Assembly: GCA_951406725.2 (NCBI GenBank)
Contig: OX597826.1
Coordinates: forward strand, 66,650,001 to 66,714,000
DNA length: 64,000 nucleotides
Origin: Octopus vulgaris
Taxonomy: Eukaryota
Direction: 5' to 3'
This document shows positions 1-12,539 of the stretch, piece after piece. Numbering within the stretch: the first letter of the stretch is position 1; each line of letters opens with the position of its first letter. Under the pieces are notes generated by a model. It was not told the origin of the DNA. It saw only the letters and a program-made list of their open reading frames with translations, and did no database searches. A program made the position numbers and the translations under genes.

Positions 1-89
<89 letters not shown>

Positions 90-156
90 CTGTGTGTGTG
101 TGTCTATCTGTGTGTTTGTGTGTTTATGTTGGCGTGTGTGTGTGTGTGTGTGTGTG
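1..156. repeat. (TATC)n followed by (TG)n compound microsatellite
   Basis: Directly visible tandem repeats. Confidence 0.95.
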
Positions 157-819
157 GTGTTTTATAACTAATGTTGAAATGGCTTCTTTTCTCTTTGAAA
201 AAAAAAGAAAAGAAAAGAAAAGAAAAGAGAGAAGAGTGAAGAAGAGACAAAACTATTGAAAAACAAAGTAAATTTACATATCATATTCATTTCAAACATA
301 TTTTGAATTCAAAGAATAACATTTGAAATTACAGAAGCGAAACGATAGTATAGTTTAATAACAACAGCAACAACGACAACGATGACAACAACAACAACAA
401 CAACAACAACTGAAAACTATATGTAAAACTGTCTATTTATGCAAATTTTACTGCAAGATAATGTAGAATTATACGCTCTGTCGCACAAATCAGTCGGTAT
501 CTCGATTCAGCAAGGATATTTGTAACTATTTATACGAGACCTCGCTTTGAAGTCTCGTTCAGTAGTAACTTGTATAGCCATAGTTTCGCATGCAAATTTT
601 TTACTTTTAATGTTTCATATTTTTTTAAGCTCCTCATGTCAAGTTAACTTTTGGAAGTAAGCCCAAAATATACAATCTTAATAATAATGTTTTAGCTACA
701 TAAAACATTAATTGGATACTAGATTTAACACCAAAAAAATATTTCCTTGCTTGCATAAGAATATTAATAATTAAAGTATAAAAAAAACTAATGACTGGGT
801 CTCTAATTGTAATTGGATT

Positions 820-1518
820 AAATATAGTGGTGAAGTATTGTTTGATGTAGGGATGGAATCATACGATAAGGTGATGTTTTTGAATTAATCGGATTATTTT
901 TTTTGGAGTAATTTCCGAAGTTATACCGCTCCGTTGAGCTCGGTATTTACCGGGATGATGGATTATTTATTTTGTGAAGTATGAATGATTATAGAATGGA
1001 CTATATTCGGAAAGAATCTATCAAAATATTCAGAGTTATATTTAAAGATTACCGTATATAAGAATCTAAGTATAGTTAATTTCTTAGATATAACTAAAGG
1101 CTTGGGCCTTTATGGGAAACCTAACCAGGGAACACAGTACATTAATATTAATTCCATCCATGCCCGAACAATTCCCCAAATGGTTACTAACATCAGTAAG
1201 CGAATAACCAAGTTACCTCCTACGAAGAATCCTTTATTACAATTGCATATTAAAAGACAGTGTTTTCAAAGATGGTAAACATTGGAAACAGAACAACAAT
1301 GATAGTCATAAACACAAAAATAATAATGGAAAGATTAGATTATATAGATACTCTCCTTAATATTTAAATGTTTGTTTTACTATTCCTAGAATTTTCATAA
1401 ACCTTATAAATAAACATTTCCCCATAAACCACAGATACAAAAACATCAATACAAATAACGTTAATGTTGCACCAAAAATGTGGTTGTTGCAATGGCCTGA
1501 GCAAACATAAAAAAAAAC
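820..1518 (+). mobile_element. Decayed L1/Tx1-type ORF1 (ZCCHC3-like) relic ending in a short 3' UTR and A-tail
   Basis: Translation FDVGMESYDKV...DYLFCEV*MIIEW...LSKYSEL...GTQYINI...IPQMVT...RQCF resembles the RRM to zinc-knuckle layout of L1/Tx1 ORF1. It is followed by ...aatggcctgagcaaacataaaaaaaaa (A-run about 1509-1518). Left boundary approximate. Confidence 0.45.
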
Positions 1519-1996
1519 ATCTGTACAAACACGTAAATATTTTTCCCTCTATGAAATTATAACAATCTGAATATCTGCCTTCTCAGCGGTATGTCTTTTT
1601 AAATGGTTAATTTATCGATCTGAGGCCCCGCTCGAAAAAAACGATAATGAAATAAACAGATATATGGAGCTCACTGAATATTCTTTAATAAATATATTCT
1701 CCAATGTGTGTATATATAAAGTCATTTAGAAAATATATCTTACTATATATCCTTTTACCAATATATATGGCGTTTAAAAGATGAATATATTTACAATTCC
1801 AAGTTCGATCATTTTAAACACTTGCCGTCTTTCTTTAATGGTTTCAGAAATCTGAATTGGTGAATACCTGCAGATTCTCTACTGAGTGAGTGAGTTAGTG
1901 TGCGAGTGCGTGGATGAGTGAGTGAATGAGGGCGAGAGAGATTCTGTGTGTGTGAGTGTGCTTGAATAAGTGTAAGAGCGGGTGAATATCTACCTA

Positions 1997-2395
1997 CTAA
2001 CTTTTTACTATGTCTTCTATTGCTATTCTTGATAGCTTTCTTGTAGTCGTGTCCTGTGTCCTATAAATTATAGTTTTGTCCTCTTTTTCCTCCTTTGCTT
2101 CAACAGGGGGGACCAGTTTCACTCTTTCCTCCACCCTTTCAATAAATTTCTCAAATTCCTCTAGCTGTACGAAATTGTGTTTCCAATATACTAATAACTT
2201 TGCCATTGTATGAAAGAGGTTCTATATTTCAAAAGCATTCATCGACTCCAGAACATATTTTTCGAGGAATTCTGGTACTTATCCAAAACAGGCTTTTTTT
2301 GCTGAAAACTGCGATGTTACAGAAACAAAACAAATCCAAACTAGTTGGGAAGCGGTGGAAGAACAAGCGCAAACACAAAAACACACATCCTTACA
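1997..2395 (-). mobile_element. 5' fragment of an ORF1-encoding retroposon related to the element at 5848-7525
   Basis: ORF 1997-2206 (VKLVPPVEAKEEKEDKTIIYRTQD) aligns with LRLTPPKEVSENTEKRTIIYRTLN of the ORF starting at 7389. Confidence 0.6.
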
Positions 2396-2397
2396 CA

Positions 2398-2549
2398 TAG
2401 ATGTGGCTTGCTTCCCAACCATATGGTTCCGGGTTCAGTCCCACTGCGTGGTACTTTGGCCAAGTGTCTTTTACTATAGTTTCAGGCTGACCAAAGCCTT
2501 GAGAGCGGATTTGGTAGACGGAAACTGAAAGAAGCCCGTCGTATATATA

Positions 2550-2588
<39 letters not shown>

Positions 2589-2795
2589 TTATGCGTCTGT
2601 ATTTGTCCCTTCACCATCGCTTGACAGCCGATGTTGGTGTGTTTACGTCCCTTGTATCTTCGCGGTTCGGCAAAAGAGACCGATAGAATAAGTACTAGGC
2701 TTACAAAGAATAAGTTCTTGGATCGATTTGTTCGACTAAAAAAAGGCGGTGCTCCAGCATGGCCGCAAATGACTGGAACAAATAAAAGAGTAAGT
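2398..2795 (+). mobile_element. tRNA-derived SINE family A (internal TA/TG microsatellite), 5'-truncated
   Basis: B-box-like GGTTCAGTCCC, body ...GGATTTGGTAGACGGAAACTGAAAGAAGCCC..., tail ...CAGCATGGCCGC...AAAAGAG. Many copies in the window. Confidence 0.9.
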
Positions 2796-2858
2796 AGAGT
2801 GAGGGTTTTGCTATATTCCATTGTTCCCCGTCTTAATTCAACTTTTGGGATCTTGCTA

Positions 2859-3283
2859 TTCTTTTCTAGCCTAGGCACAAAGCCCGAAATTTTGGGAGAG
2901 GGGGCCAGTCGATTAGATCGACTTAATTTATCGACCCCGAAATGATGAAAAGCAGAGTCGACCTCGGCGGAATTTGTCCTCAGAACATAAAGACTAAGCA
3001 TTTCGCCCGAGGTGCTAACGTTTCTGCCAGCTCGCCGCCTTTGGGATCTTCTTATTCGTTAAGTACCGGCGAGCTGGTAGAAACGTTAGCACGCCGGGCG
3101 AAATTCGTAGCCGTATTTCGTCTGTCGTTGCGTTCCGAGTTCAAATTCCGCCGAGGTCGACTTTGCCTTTCATCCTTTCGGGGTCGATAAATTAAGTACC
3201 AGTTACGCACTGGGGTCGATGTAATCGACTTAATCCCTTTGTCTGTCCCCTCTGTGTTTAGCCCCCTGTGGGTAGTAAAGAAA
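2859..3283. mobile_element. Two SINE family B (Meta-domain) copies in divergent orientation: 2859-3040 minus, 3067-3283 plus
   Basis: Head GGCGGCGAGCTGGCAGAAACGTTAG. Core GCCTTTCATCCTTTCGGGGTCGATAAATTAAGTACCAG matches the MetaSINE central domain as I recall it. Confidence 0.85.
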
Positions 3284-3345
3284 TATATATATATATATTG
3301 TGTTCCTCCATTCCCGAAATGTGTTCGCATTTCTATTTTCCACAC

Positions 3346-3347
3346 TC

Positions 3348-3400
<53 letters not shown>

Positions 3401-3812
3401 GCTACTATTACTTCTTTTTCTTCTCTTCTTGTTTCACCACCACCATCATCATCATCATCATCATCGTCATCTCCTCTTCCTTCTCTTCTTCTTTTTCTTC
3501 TTCTTCTCTTGCTTCACCACCACCACCATCACCACCACCACCACCATAATTTCCTCCCCATCCTCCCCTCCTTCTCTCCCCCTCCCGCCTCCTTTTCCTC
3601 CCTTCTCTTCCGCCTCTTCTTCTTCCTCTTCTTCTTCCCTTTCTTCTTCCCTTTCTTCTTCTTCCCTTTCTTCTTCTTCTTCTTCCCTTTCTTCTTCTTC
3701 TTCTTCTTCTTCTTCTTCTTCTTCTTCTTCTTTTTCTTCTTCTTCTTCCTCTTCTTCTTCTCCTCCTCCTTCTTTTTCTTCTTCTTCCCCTTCTTCCCAT
3801 TCTCCCCCTTTT
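3346..3812. repeat. Compound (CTA)n/(CAT)n/(CAC)n/(CTT)n microsatellite
   Basis: Visible. It produces the homopolymer ORFs on both strands. Confidence 0.95.
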
Positions 3813-4074
3813 TTTTCGTTATTTGGCATCGACAATACAGCTGACTGAAAGGAACATCACCTTAACATCAAGCGACTCCTGACCTCTGCTCCCCGACCAA
3901 TACCGACTCATACAACCCCCTCCTCCTCCTCCTCCCGACTATTCACCAAACGTCCTTAATAACGCGAGAAAATAATGAGATTAAGGTAAAACAGCGAAGA
4001 ATCTAGAAAATGATGTTATTATGATGGATTAGCTCTTGTGGTTTTCAGGGATAATAACTGGGAAGGTGAGTTAA

Positions 4075-4324
4075 GTGATGGTGGTGGCAATGGGGATGGT
4101 GCTTGTGATGGTGATGTGTGGCGCTGTTGTTGTTGTTGTTGTTGCTGCTGCTGATGATGACGATGGTGTAAGTGTTGGTGATGATGATAATGATGATGAT
4201 GATGATGGTAATGATAGTTTTGGTGTTGACGATAATGACGGTGACGGTGATGGCGATGGTGGCATTGATGCCTTTCGTGATAATGATGGTGACGCGGGGA
4301 TATTGAGTTCGTCGTTGTTGCTGT

Positions 4325-4371
<47 letters not shown>

Positions 4372-4454
4372 TTGATGATGATGATGATGATGAGGAGGAT
4401 GATGACGACGATGGTGATGATGATGATAACGATGATGATGATGATGATGATGAC

Positions 4455-4518
<64 letters not shown>

Positions 4519-4865
4519 TCGATGCTGATGATGATGCCGACAATGACGACGACGATGATGATGATAACGATGATGATTATGATGATGATGATGATGAAGA
4601 TGACGATGATGATGATGATAACGATGATGATGATGATGATGATGACGATGATGATAATGATGACAATGATGCCAACGACGATGCCAACGACGACGCCGAT
4701 GATGATGGGTATAAAGAAGAGGAGGACAACCTTGCCGATGCCGATAAAATTGATGGTGATAATGGCGGTAATGATGAGGATGGTGGTAGCCGTAACAATG
4801 ATGATGGTGACGATGTCGATGACGACGACGACGACGAAGACGAGATCGATGATATTGCTGTTGCT
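4075..4865. repeat. Long degenerate (GAT)n/(GAC)n microsatellite
   Basis: Visible. Confidence 0.95.
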
Positions 4866-5416
4866 GAATACAATGTTTACAAACAGACACACAGACACGC
4901 AGGAACAAACACACCGCCACCCCACCCCCATTAATAACTAAATTAAAAACTGATTAATTATTGTTATCCAGTCGCTCCTTCCAATACGCCGCACAGTTTC
5001 TCCGCCTCCACCAACACTCCAAGCACCCCTCCTTTTCCAATTCACTTCCAGTTCCGCTCTTGCATCCGTGCATCCATCCATCCATCCATCCATCCATCCA
5101 TTCCCAATCCATGCCGCTGCCATTTTAACAGACCTTCCCAATTCCTCACACACATTCCTCCACCCCCATCTCATCCATTCCAGTTCTTCAACACCGTCCC
5201 GCCCACTCATAGAACTAATGTTGCAACAATTAAGATTATTAAATTGTCCAAATGTCTTTATATTTTATTTTCAAGTGAGGGCGCTGGCGTGTGTCTTTTG
5301 AGATTGAGGAACACATTATTAATATACCATTATTATATTATCCCCATTATTAGCCACAAGTGGCCAAACTGTTAGGGACGGTACAAAGGCGATGTATAGA
5401 TATGTATGTGTATATA

Positions 5417-5618
5417 CAGTAATCCCTCGACTATCGCGACTGTTACGTTCTAAAATCCCTCGCGATTGGTGAAAATCCGCGAAGTAGAAACAGTGCTTTA
5501 CTGTATATCTTTTAAATTATTTTTATAATTTCTATATATTTATTTTATTATAAATATAACGAAACGGAGGAGTCGATGTAAGCTTAAATAATAAACCGCG
5601 ATTGGCGAAGAATTACTG
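5417..5618. mobile_element. pogo/Tigger-type MITE
   Basis: Termini TA|CAGTAATCCCTCG ... CGAAGAATTACTG form an imperfect TIR; non-coding. Confidence 0.7.
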
Positions 5619-5847
5619 ATTATACATTTATATGTATGTATGTATGTATGCATGTATGCATGCATGCATGTATGTATGTATGTATGTATGTATGTATGTA
5701 TGCATGTTTGTGCATACGTGTTGTATCGCACGTTCAACGTACGATATGACGGGATAATAAATAACATCCTCGTAAATCGTTCCACTCAAAATATACAATA
5801 CTTGTAATTAGACTCGACAATACGCAACTCTCGGCCTTACACAGCTC

Positions 5848-7525
5848 TATTTCTTTTATTTAGGCACATGGCCTTTATAAAGAGGGGACACCACCAGGAC
5901 ATACAAAACAAGACATTGGGGTACATATAAATGCATACCGGATGAATTATGAATATGATGTAAATGAGGATGAAATGACTTGCTTCTCCCCCAAAGCAAA
6001 TAGTTTCATTTTACTTTTTTTTAACATTACAGTTTTACTTTACAGTCTTGTATCTTTATTTCTAACACAAAATTACAACAAATACTGCACTATATCGTCA
6101 AAAATACTAAAGTGGTGATATTTCAACTCTTTTTTTTTTTCCAAATAGTTCTACTAACCTCTCCCCTCTTTCTTTCTCCAAAAGCACGCCCTTCTTACCT
6201 TCACGGTTCGCCAATTTTACTCTGATAACATTTTTCATTTTTGTTTCCCTCTTTTCAATTTCGACGCTTTTTTCATATATTACGCCCTGCAGGCATCGTT
6301 CTTTGATATCCTTCAGCACTCTCTTCGTCCGTCATAAATATCTCTGTTTCTACTTCCCTGTCTCTTTCGTTTCCTTCCTTCTTTCGTACTCCTACTTCCT
6401 TGCTAGTTGAAGGCGACGCTTCGTGCGTTTGCACTTCACTTGATTTTTCATTTGGTTTTCTATTTTTTCTATTTTCTTTCTTGTTCTCCTCTTCGTTTGT
6501 CTTTCTTTTTTTCTCTTTGGGGCATTTTTGTGGTGATCTCAAGTTCTTTTTTCTTTTCACCACCGTAAATTGCTCCTCCATTTTCTCTTCCTCTGCGGCT
6601 GTACTCTCTTCTTCTTGAATTTCTTTTTCTATTATTTCCTCCTCGTGTTTCTAGGGACACTTGGCCTTCATGTGTCCCCTCACTCCACACAAAAAACATA
6701 TTGGGGGTCTACCATCCACAACAATCCTCAATCTAGTCTCGTCCGGCAAAACCAGCTCTTCCTCAATCATATGAAGGTCTGGCAGGCTTATATGGACTGT
6801 TACCTCTAGCCCATATCCCCAACAGTTTACCTCCGTAGTTTTGGACACTTACAAAATTTCTGCAGCTTCCTCTGTATGTTAGAGGATGGCTGCCACAAGC
6901 CATGCCTCGTCAATTTCAGAGAGCACTCTACTTATCCTTACTCTGGCCGCACGTTTGACACAGTAAGTAGATAGTAGTGTCCACTCAGCTGATCTCAAGG
7001 CCACAGTGGAGTATTTATTAGCTTCATTTTCGTTTACAAAGCGCACTTCCACCGTGCCGAATTTCCGTCCTCTGGTGTAGAATGAGGTAAAGTCCTTCAC
7101 CTCTCTCAAACACTCCTTGACTGCTTCCACCGCTGCTTTCTACTTTCTTCGCTGCTATGTTTAATGTTCTGTAGATAATAGTTCTTTTCTCGGTATTCTC
7201 ACTGACTTCCTTGGGAGGCGTCAGCCTGAGACAGTCACCCACCTTTTTCAACAAGTCGTTATACTTCTTGAAATTCTTGTCTTTAACTTCTATTTCACGG
7301 ACTTGCCGTAGCTCTGCTGACAGGCTTTTGCCAGTCACTGCAGCATAATTGCCCACCTGCACTGGTCTATTATTCATCACTTCACCCATAAATGGGAAGA
7401 CAAATAAAAATTCCAACAAAATTCAAGAATAACAATGCAACAATTCAAGAAATAACAGGTTTACAATAACAGTACTCACATGGAACGTACACACTTTCAA
7501 CTCACTCAAACACAACGACGCGGAT
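5848..7525 (-). mobile_element. Full-length ORF1-only non-autonomous retroposon (HAL1-like, L1/Tx1-related), 1678 bp
   Basis: Exact 11-bp TSD TTACACAGCTC at 5837-5847 and 7526-7536. About 135-nt 5' UTR, ORF1 remnant, about 260-nt 3' UTR ending GGCCATGTGCCTAAATAAAAGAAATA. No room for an RT/endonuclease ORF2. Confidence 0.8.
6107..7389 (-). pseudogene. Disrupted ORF1 (RRM-like region, CCHC zinc knuckle, charged C-terminus), about 425 codons
   Basis: Track ORFs 7024-7419, 6879-7130, 6651-6848, 6273-6581 and 6107-6319 join via about 2 frameshifts and in-frame stops. CX2CX4HX4C motif CFLCGVRGHMKAKC at 6657-6698. Confidence 0.8.
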
Positions 7526-7623
7526 TTACACAGCTCAATGACTCCCACACACTCTGTGCATGTCCATTTATATTGTGGCACAGTCCATTAGGAGCCAGCC
7601 AAATAGGAGTGTTCTACTGTCAC

Positions 7624-7695
<72 letters not shown>

Positions 7696-8630
7696 ATCAA
7701 CAAAAAGGAAACAGCAGGAATTAATGACGAATAAAAGAGCGTGATCAACTGAAGATATATTAGTAAATAGACAATAAATATCATCATAAAAACAGAACAA
7801 AAACTGACATGAAAGAAACCGTTCCTCCCCGAAAATAAAGAACAGACAATATAAGGTGAACCAGAGCATCTCATACAAATCCCGGATTATCGTGGCACGA
7901 TAATCCACGTATCTTTTCCCATTTCTTACAGTCAGCCTACAATTAAGGTCGGGCAGTTGTCATTCTGATTATTGAGCCAGAAACATGAGTTCCTCTTATC
8001 TCCAGACAATAAGCCTGTCCTTTTCATTAATGGCGCGTCAGTTTGGAGAGTTCTTTAAACTTGAGGTTATCTCCCTACTTTAAAGGCAGAAATAATTTTA
8101 ATAAACTAAGAAACTATGTAAGGTATTTAATATACCTTATGGCATACGGTATTTTTCTATGTTATTCAAATTCATGTCACTGGCCACATCGAGTCATATC
8201 TCTTGGCTAATTTGTATTTAGTCATTGTAGGCTTATTTAGCCATTCTAATTCCGCGAATCACACTTAAATTTTATTGATTTTTAATAAAGACATCGCTTA
8301 TCGCTGTCAGCTCAAGGATTTTAGAAATTGTCCACAGGCTTTGAACATAAAGTCTTCTGGATATGACTACTCGTCATTTAATCTCTGCCATTATGGTTGC
8401 GAATTGGCAGAGTCGTTAGCGACTTTGTTAGAATGATTTAGAGTATTTGTTACAAATTCCTATGTTCTGCGTTCAAATCATCCTTTGACCTCTTTTATTT
8501 TCATCTATTTCAGAGATGCATTATCAATTGGCATTGATATTTTCCTTAAGGGATTCCTTTACTTTCGTAGCTATCCTTCACATCAAAGTCTGGTTAATTA
8601 TCCTTGATCAATCTGTTTTTTCTGTTCTAA

Positions 8631-8702
8631 TCGCCATTTTCTATTTCTATTCGCCATTTTCTATTTCTATTCGCCATTTTCTATTTCTATTCGCCATTTT
8701 CT
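8631..8702. repeat. 20-bp minisatellite TCGCCATTTTCTATTTCTAT, about 3.5 copies
   Basis: Visible. Confidence 0.9.
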
Positions 8703-8882
8703 GAAATTTGCCTCAACTTCTTTAAGACTTTTCTTTTCTCTTAGTTTTTCACAATACTGGCAAACTTTCCAATGACAAAAAGCCCCAAATCAGTCATGCT
8801 AGTAGATAGTTCTTGACTAAGACCGAACAGCTCAAAACAAGATAGCTATTTGTATCTTCCTAACATCTACATATTTCTATAA

Positions 8883-9105
8883 TCTATATATATAAATATG
8901 AGAATGCGTGTCTGTCTGTCTGTGTGCCTGTGTGTGCATCTATCTGTGTTTGTGTGAATCCCTAAAACTTGAGAACTACACAACCAATTTCATTCAAATT
9001 TTACACATGCCCTACTTAGGGCCCACGTAGTGTCATAGGCCAAAAAAATGTATAACCTCTTGCCTAGTGCGAGCCCACAGCAATATCATATCTTCTCCAC
9101 TACTT
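8883..9105 (+). mobile_element. Possible non-autonomous Helitron 5' fragment
   Basis: Starts TCTATATATATAAA followed by (GTCT)n, a layout typical of small animal Helitrons. No 3' hairpin or CTAG found. Confidence 0.4.
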
Positions 9106-9814
9106 AACATACAAACATTACATTCTTTTGGTGTTTCTACTGGGTAGACTTCGATTTTTGTGCTTCAAGCGAGTATCTTTCACTTAGCTTTGCGTTCTGC
9201 GTATCCTAGTTAGCATTACAATTTTTGTTCGTCTGTATCCTCCTTGTATAATTTTTTTCACATATTAGTCATATAAAGGCTTTTCTCGCCATTGTTTTAG
9301 CATAACTTTCTATAGACCAATTTTTCGCTTAGTTTCTATTTTTTTCCCACAATTTCTTTTCTTCTCTCTCTCTCCTTTCTCCTCCCATCTATCTTTTACT
9401 TCAACCTCTATTTTGTATTTGCTGGTTACCTTGGAGACACAAAACCAGTTTATTTTTATTTATTTTTTTCGTACTTTATAGCTATTTGTATTTCCCATTA
9501 TTTACTAGATATTTATGTAATCCTATACTGGATTACATATAATAGTTTTCTCGCAGCATAAGGCTTTTTCTTCCCTATTTTCATGGTAAGTATTATCTTT
9601 CTATGCCTTTCTAAATGTAGTCATTATTTTTCATGTTCTATCTCGTCTTAATAGTTCGTTTAGCGTCCTGTTGAGGAATATTATAACTATTGCTTACTTT
9701 CGGGACAGCTACAATGTTGGTGCTTATTAACTCTTTTTTTTTTTATTTGCATTTACCTCTATTTTAAGTATTAAACTAATGCATGCGTAATATTCCTTCT
9801 CAACCTGGTTCGCT

Positions 9815-9824
9815 TGCGTGTGTA

Positions 9825-9855
<31 letters not shown>

Positions 9856-10066
9856 ATGTGTGTGCGTGTGTGTGTGTGTATGTGTGTGTGTTTGTGTGTA
9901 TGTGTGTGTTTGTGTGTGTGTGTTTGTGTGTGTTTGTGTGTGTGTATGTGTATGTGTGTGTGTGTGTATGTGTGTGTGTTTGTGTGTATGTGTGTTTGTG
10001 TGTGTGTATGTGTGTGTGTTTGTGTGTGTGTGTGTGTATGTGTGTGTATGTATGTGTGTGTGTGTA

Positions 10067-10103
<37 letters not shown>

Positions 10104-10105
10104 GT

Positions 10106-10148
<43 letters not shown>

Positions 10149-10237
10149 TGTGTATGTGTGTGTGTTTGTGTGTGTGTATGTGTATGTGTGTGTGTGTGTT
10201 TGTGTGTGTGTATGTGTGTATGTGTGTGTGTGTGTGT

Positions 10238-10268
<31 letters not shown>
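9815..10268. repeat. Long degenerate (TG)n microsatellite
   Basis: Visible. Confidence 0.95.
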
Positions 10269-10448
10269 CGTTCTACTCAGTCTAGTTCATTGATTTCTAA
10301 ACATTTGTAACACTCCGTTTGGTGTAATTCTTTTAGCTTGTTTCTCTATCGCGCACGATATTAATATTCTTAATCTATTTTCCTTTCTTCGTGGTTGCTG
10401 TGCATCATTTTTCTAATCCGGATTTCATATTGAATTATCCAGGAAATA

Positions 10449-10660
10449 GGGCGGCGAGCTGACAGAAACGCTAGCACGCTGCGAAAAATACTTAGCGGTA
10501 TTTCGTCCGTCTTCACGCTCTGGGTTCAAATACCGTCGAGATCGATTTGGCTTTTTATCCTTTCTGGGTCGATAAAATAAGTACCAGTTGAGCACTAGAG
10601 TCAATGTTATCGACTCACTCCCTCCCACGAAATTGCTGGCCTTGTGCCAAAATTTGAAAT
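10449..10660 (+). mobile_element. SINE family B (Meta-domain), older copy
   Basis: Same head and core as 3067-3283, with tail ...GGCCTTGTGCCAAAATTTGAAA. Confidence 0.8.
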
Positions 10661-11360
10661 CAGTTTGTCAAGTCAGTCCATGTATAGAAGATGCACTGCA
10701 TCGTGGTTAGAGTGTTGGGCTGAAGATCATAAGCTCAAGGGTTCGATTCCCGGACCAGGTGTAGCCTTGTGTTCTTGAGCAAGATGTTTCATTTCACTTT
10801 GTTTCTTTCACTCACCCGAAAATGTGTACCACTTAGTGATGGTGCAGCCTTTTACTCTCCATTTGGCACACCCTCGATATTCCACTGGATGAAGAAGGAG
10901 GAGGAGGAGGACGACCTGGCGAGTGTCACTGTCTGCGCATGGCTACATAGGTACCTAAAACAATTAGTGAAAACAGGGCACATGCTTCCAGGTGATAGTG
11001 TTTTGTGAATGACGGCTATGGTAAATCCATGTACGGCTGCGCAAAGGTTTCACCTGCACTACATGCCTTTAGGTCATCCATATACCGAAGATGTGTTTTA
11101 TCCTAGCATAGTATTTGAGACTCAGCCCAGTCTTGTGTAACCATAAGAGTGTCAGCACTGGCTTGATAAAAGTAGAGGAGGAGAGTCCGCTAGATATGTT
11201 CCTCTTCTAAGTAAGATGGTTAGTTTTTTGTAACTCTTTATTTTGTCTGTTGCTGCAGAGTTGTTTGTCATTTACTCATGACATGTTTGATTGATCTACT
11301 TACTGTTGACGCCATCTTATTCATGGTTAATGTATCTAGAATGCATTTATTTGGAGACAC

Positions 11361-11780
11361 TCTCTCTTTTACTCTTTTACTTGTTTCAGTCATTTGACTG
11401 CGGCCATGCTGGGGCACCACCTTTAGTCGAGCAAATCGACCCCGGGACTTATTCTTTGTAAGCCCAGTACTTATTCTATTGGTCTTTTTTGCCGAACCGC
11501 TAAGTGACGGGGACGTAAACACACCAGCATCGGTTGTCAAGCAATGCTAGGGGGACAAACACACACATACAAACACACACACATATACATATATACATAT
11601 ATATATACATATATACGACAGGCTTCTTTCAGTTTCCGTCAACCAAATCCACTCACAATGCATTGGTCGGCCCGGGGCTATAGCAGAAGACACTTGCCCA
11701 AGATGCCACGCAGTGGGATTGAACCCGGAACCATGTGGTTCGTAAGCAAGCTACTTACCACACAGCCACTCCTGCGCCTA
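11361..11780 (-). mobile_element. SINE family A, full length
   Basis: Reverse complement begins GGCGCAGGAGTGGCTGTGTGGTAAG (A box), has GGTTCAATCCC (B box) and ends AAGTAAAAGAGTAAAAGAG. Confidence 0.9.
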
Positions 11781-12539
11781 TCTCAATTCTTAATATTCTT
11801 TCTACCATTATAATCTTCGGGTATGACTTCGTTGCTAGATAATCTATCATTACAGTCACGTGTGCCTATGCAGCGTCACTTGTCACCTTCTGGAAACAGT
11901 TCTTTATCATGGACCTTTATTCTGTGTGACATCATTCCAATGTCTGTCTTCTGTTTAGTATTGGTCAGTATCCCGTAGGTATTTTAGGATTTAGTTTTAA
12001 TGTATTTTGATAAGTTATTGAACTTTTGTTTTGCACGTCTTATTTGTGAATCACGCTGTTAATTTCATTACTTCTATTATTTCTTCGGTCATTTTAATTC
12101 TGTATCCCATAGGGGTCACCTTTGTGTGTCATCCTTCCAAAATCGATAAAATAATGTGCCGGTCAAGCACTGGGTCTATGTATTCGATTAACCCCATTCA
12201 TCCTAAAACCTTTGGTTGTGTGCATTAATTACGTTACGTCATGGATTCTTTAAGTGTTCATTTTTGATTTCAAATTTTTGCATTGGCTTTGAGATTGCAC
12301 CTTTTTATGATTGCTAGTCATTTGGGCTTACGTTTAGATCAAGGTGGCGAGCTGGCAGAAACGTTAGCACGCCGGGCGAAATGCTTAGCCGTATTTCGTC
12401 TGTCTTTCCGTTCTGAGTTCAAATTCCGTCGAGGTCGACTTTGGAACTTGGAGCATGCTTTCTTCACTGTTCTCCTGGGAAGATCTTCGAATTTGATTTT
12501 GGACACCAGATCGGCCTTGGTATAACAGGCCTATATATC

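Larger units (their letters stand above)
5719..7629 (-). mobile_element. Probable solo LTR (about 220 bp: 5719-5847 plus 7537-7629) split by a retroposon insertion
   Basis: The rejoined sequence has TGTTGT...ACAACA inverted termini and a TATAAA on the minus strand near 7570. No clean TSD, as the flanks are microsatellite. Confidence 0.5.

Noticed and set aside
3239-4941. Long poly-His/Met/Ile/Glu/Ser ORFs
   Set aside because: Trinucleotide microsatellites open in several frames on both strands, with no unique coding content.
9783-10310. Cys-Val ORFs (metallothionein-like at a glance) and the many YI/HT ORFs elsewhere
   Set aside because: Translations of (TG)n, (TA)n and (CA)n tracts.
11690-11780. 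tRNA-like heads here and in other SINE copies as tRNA genes
   Set aside because: A and B boxes are present but there is no closed cloverleaf, and each head runs directly into a SINE body.
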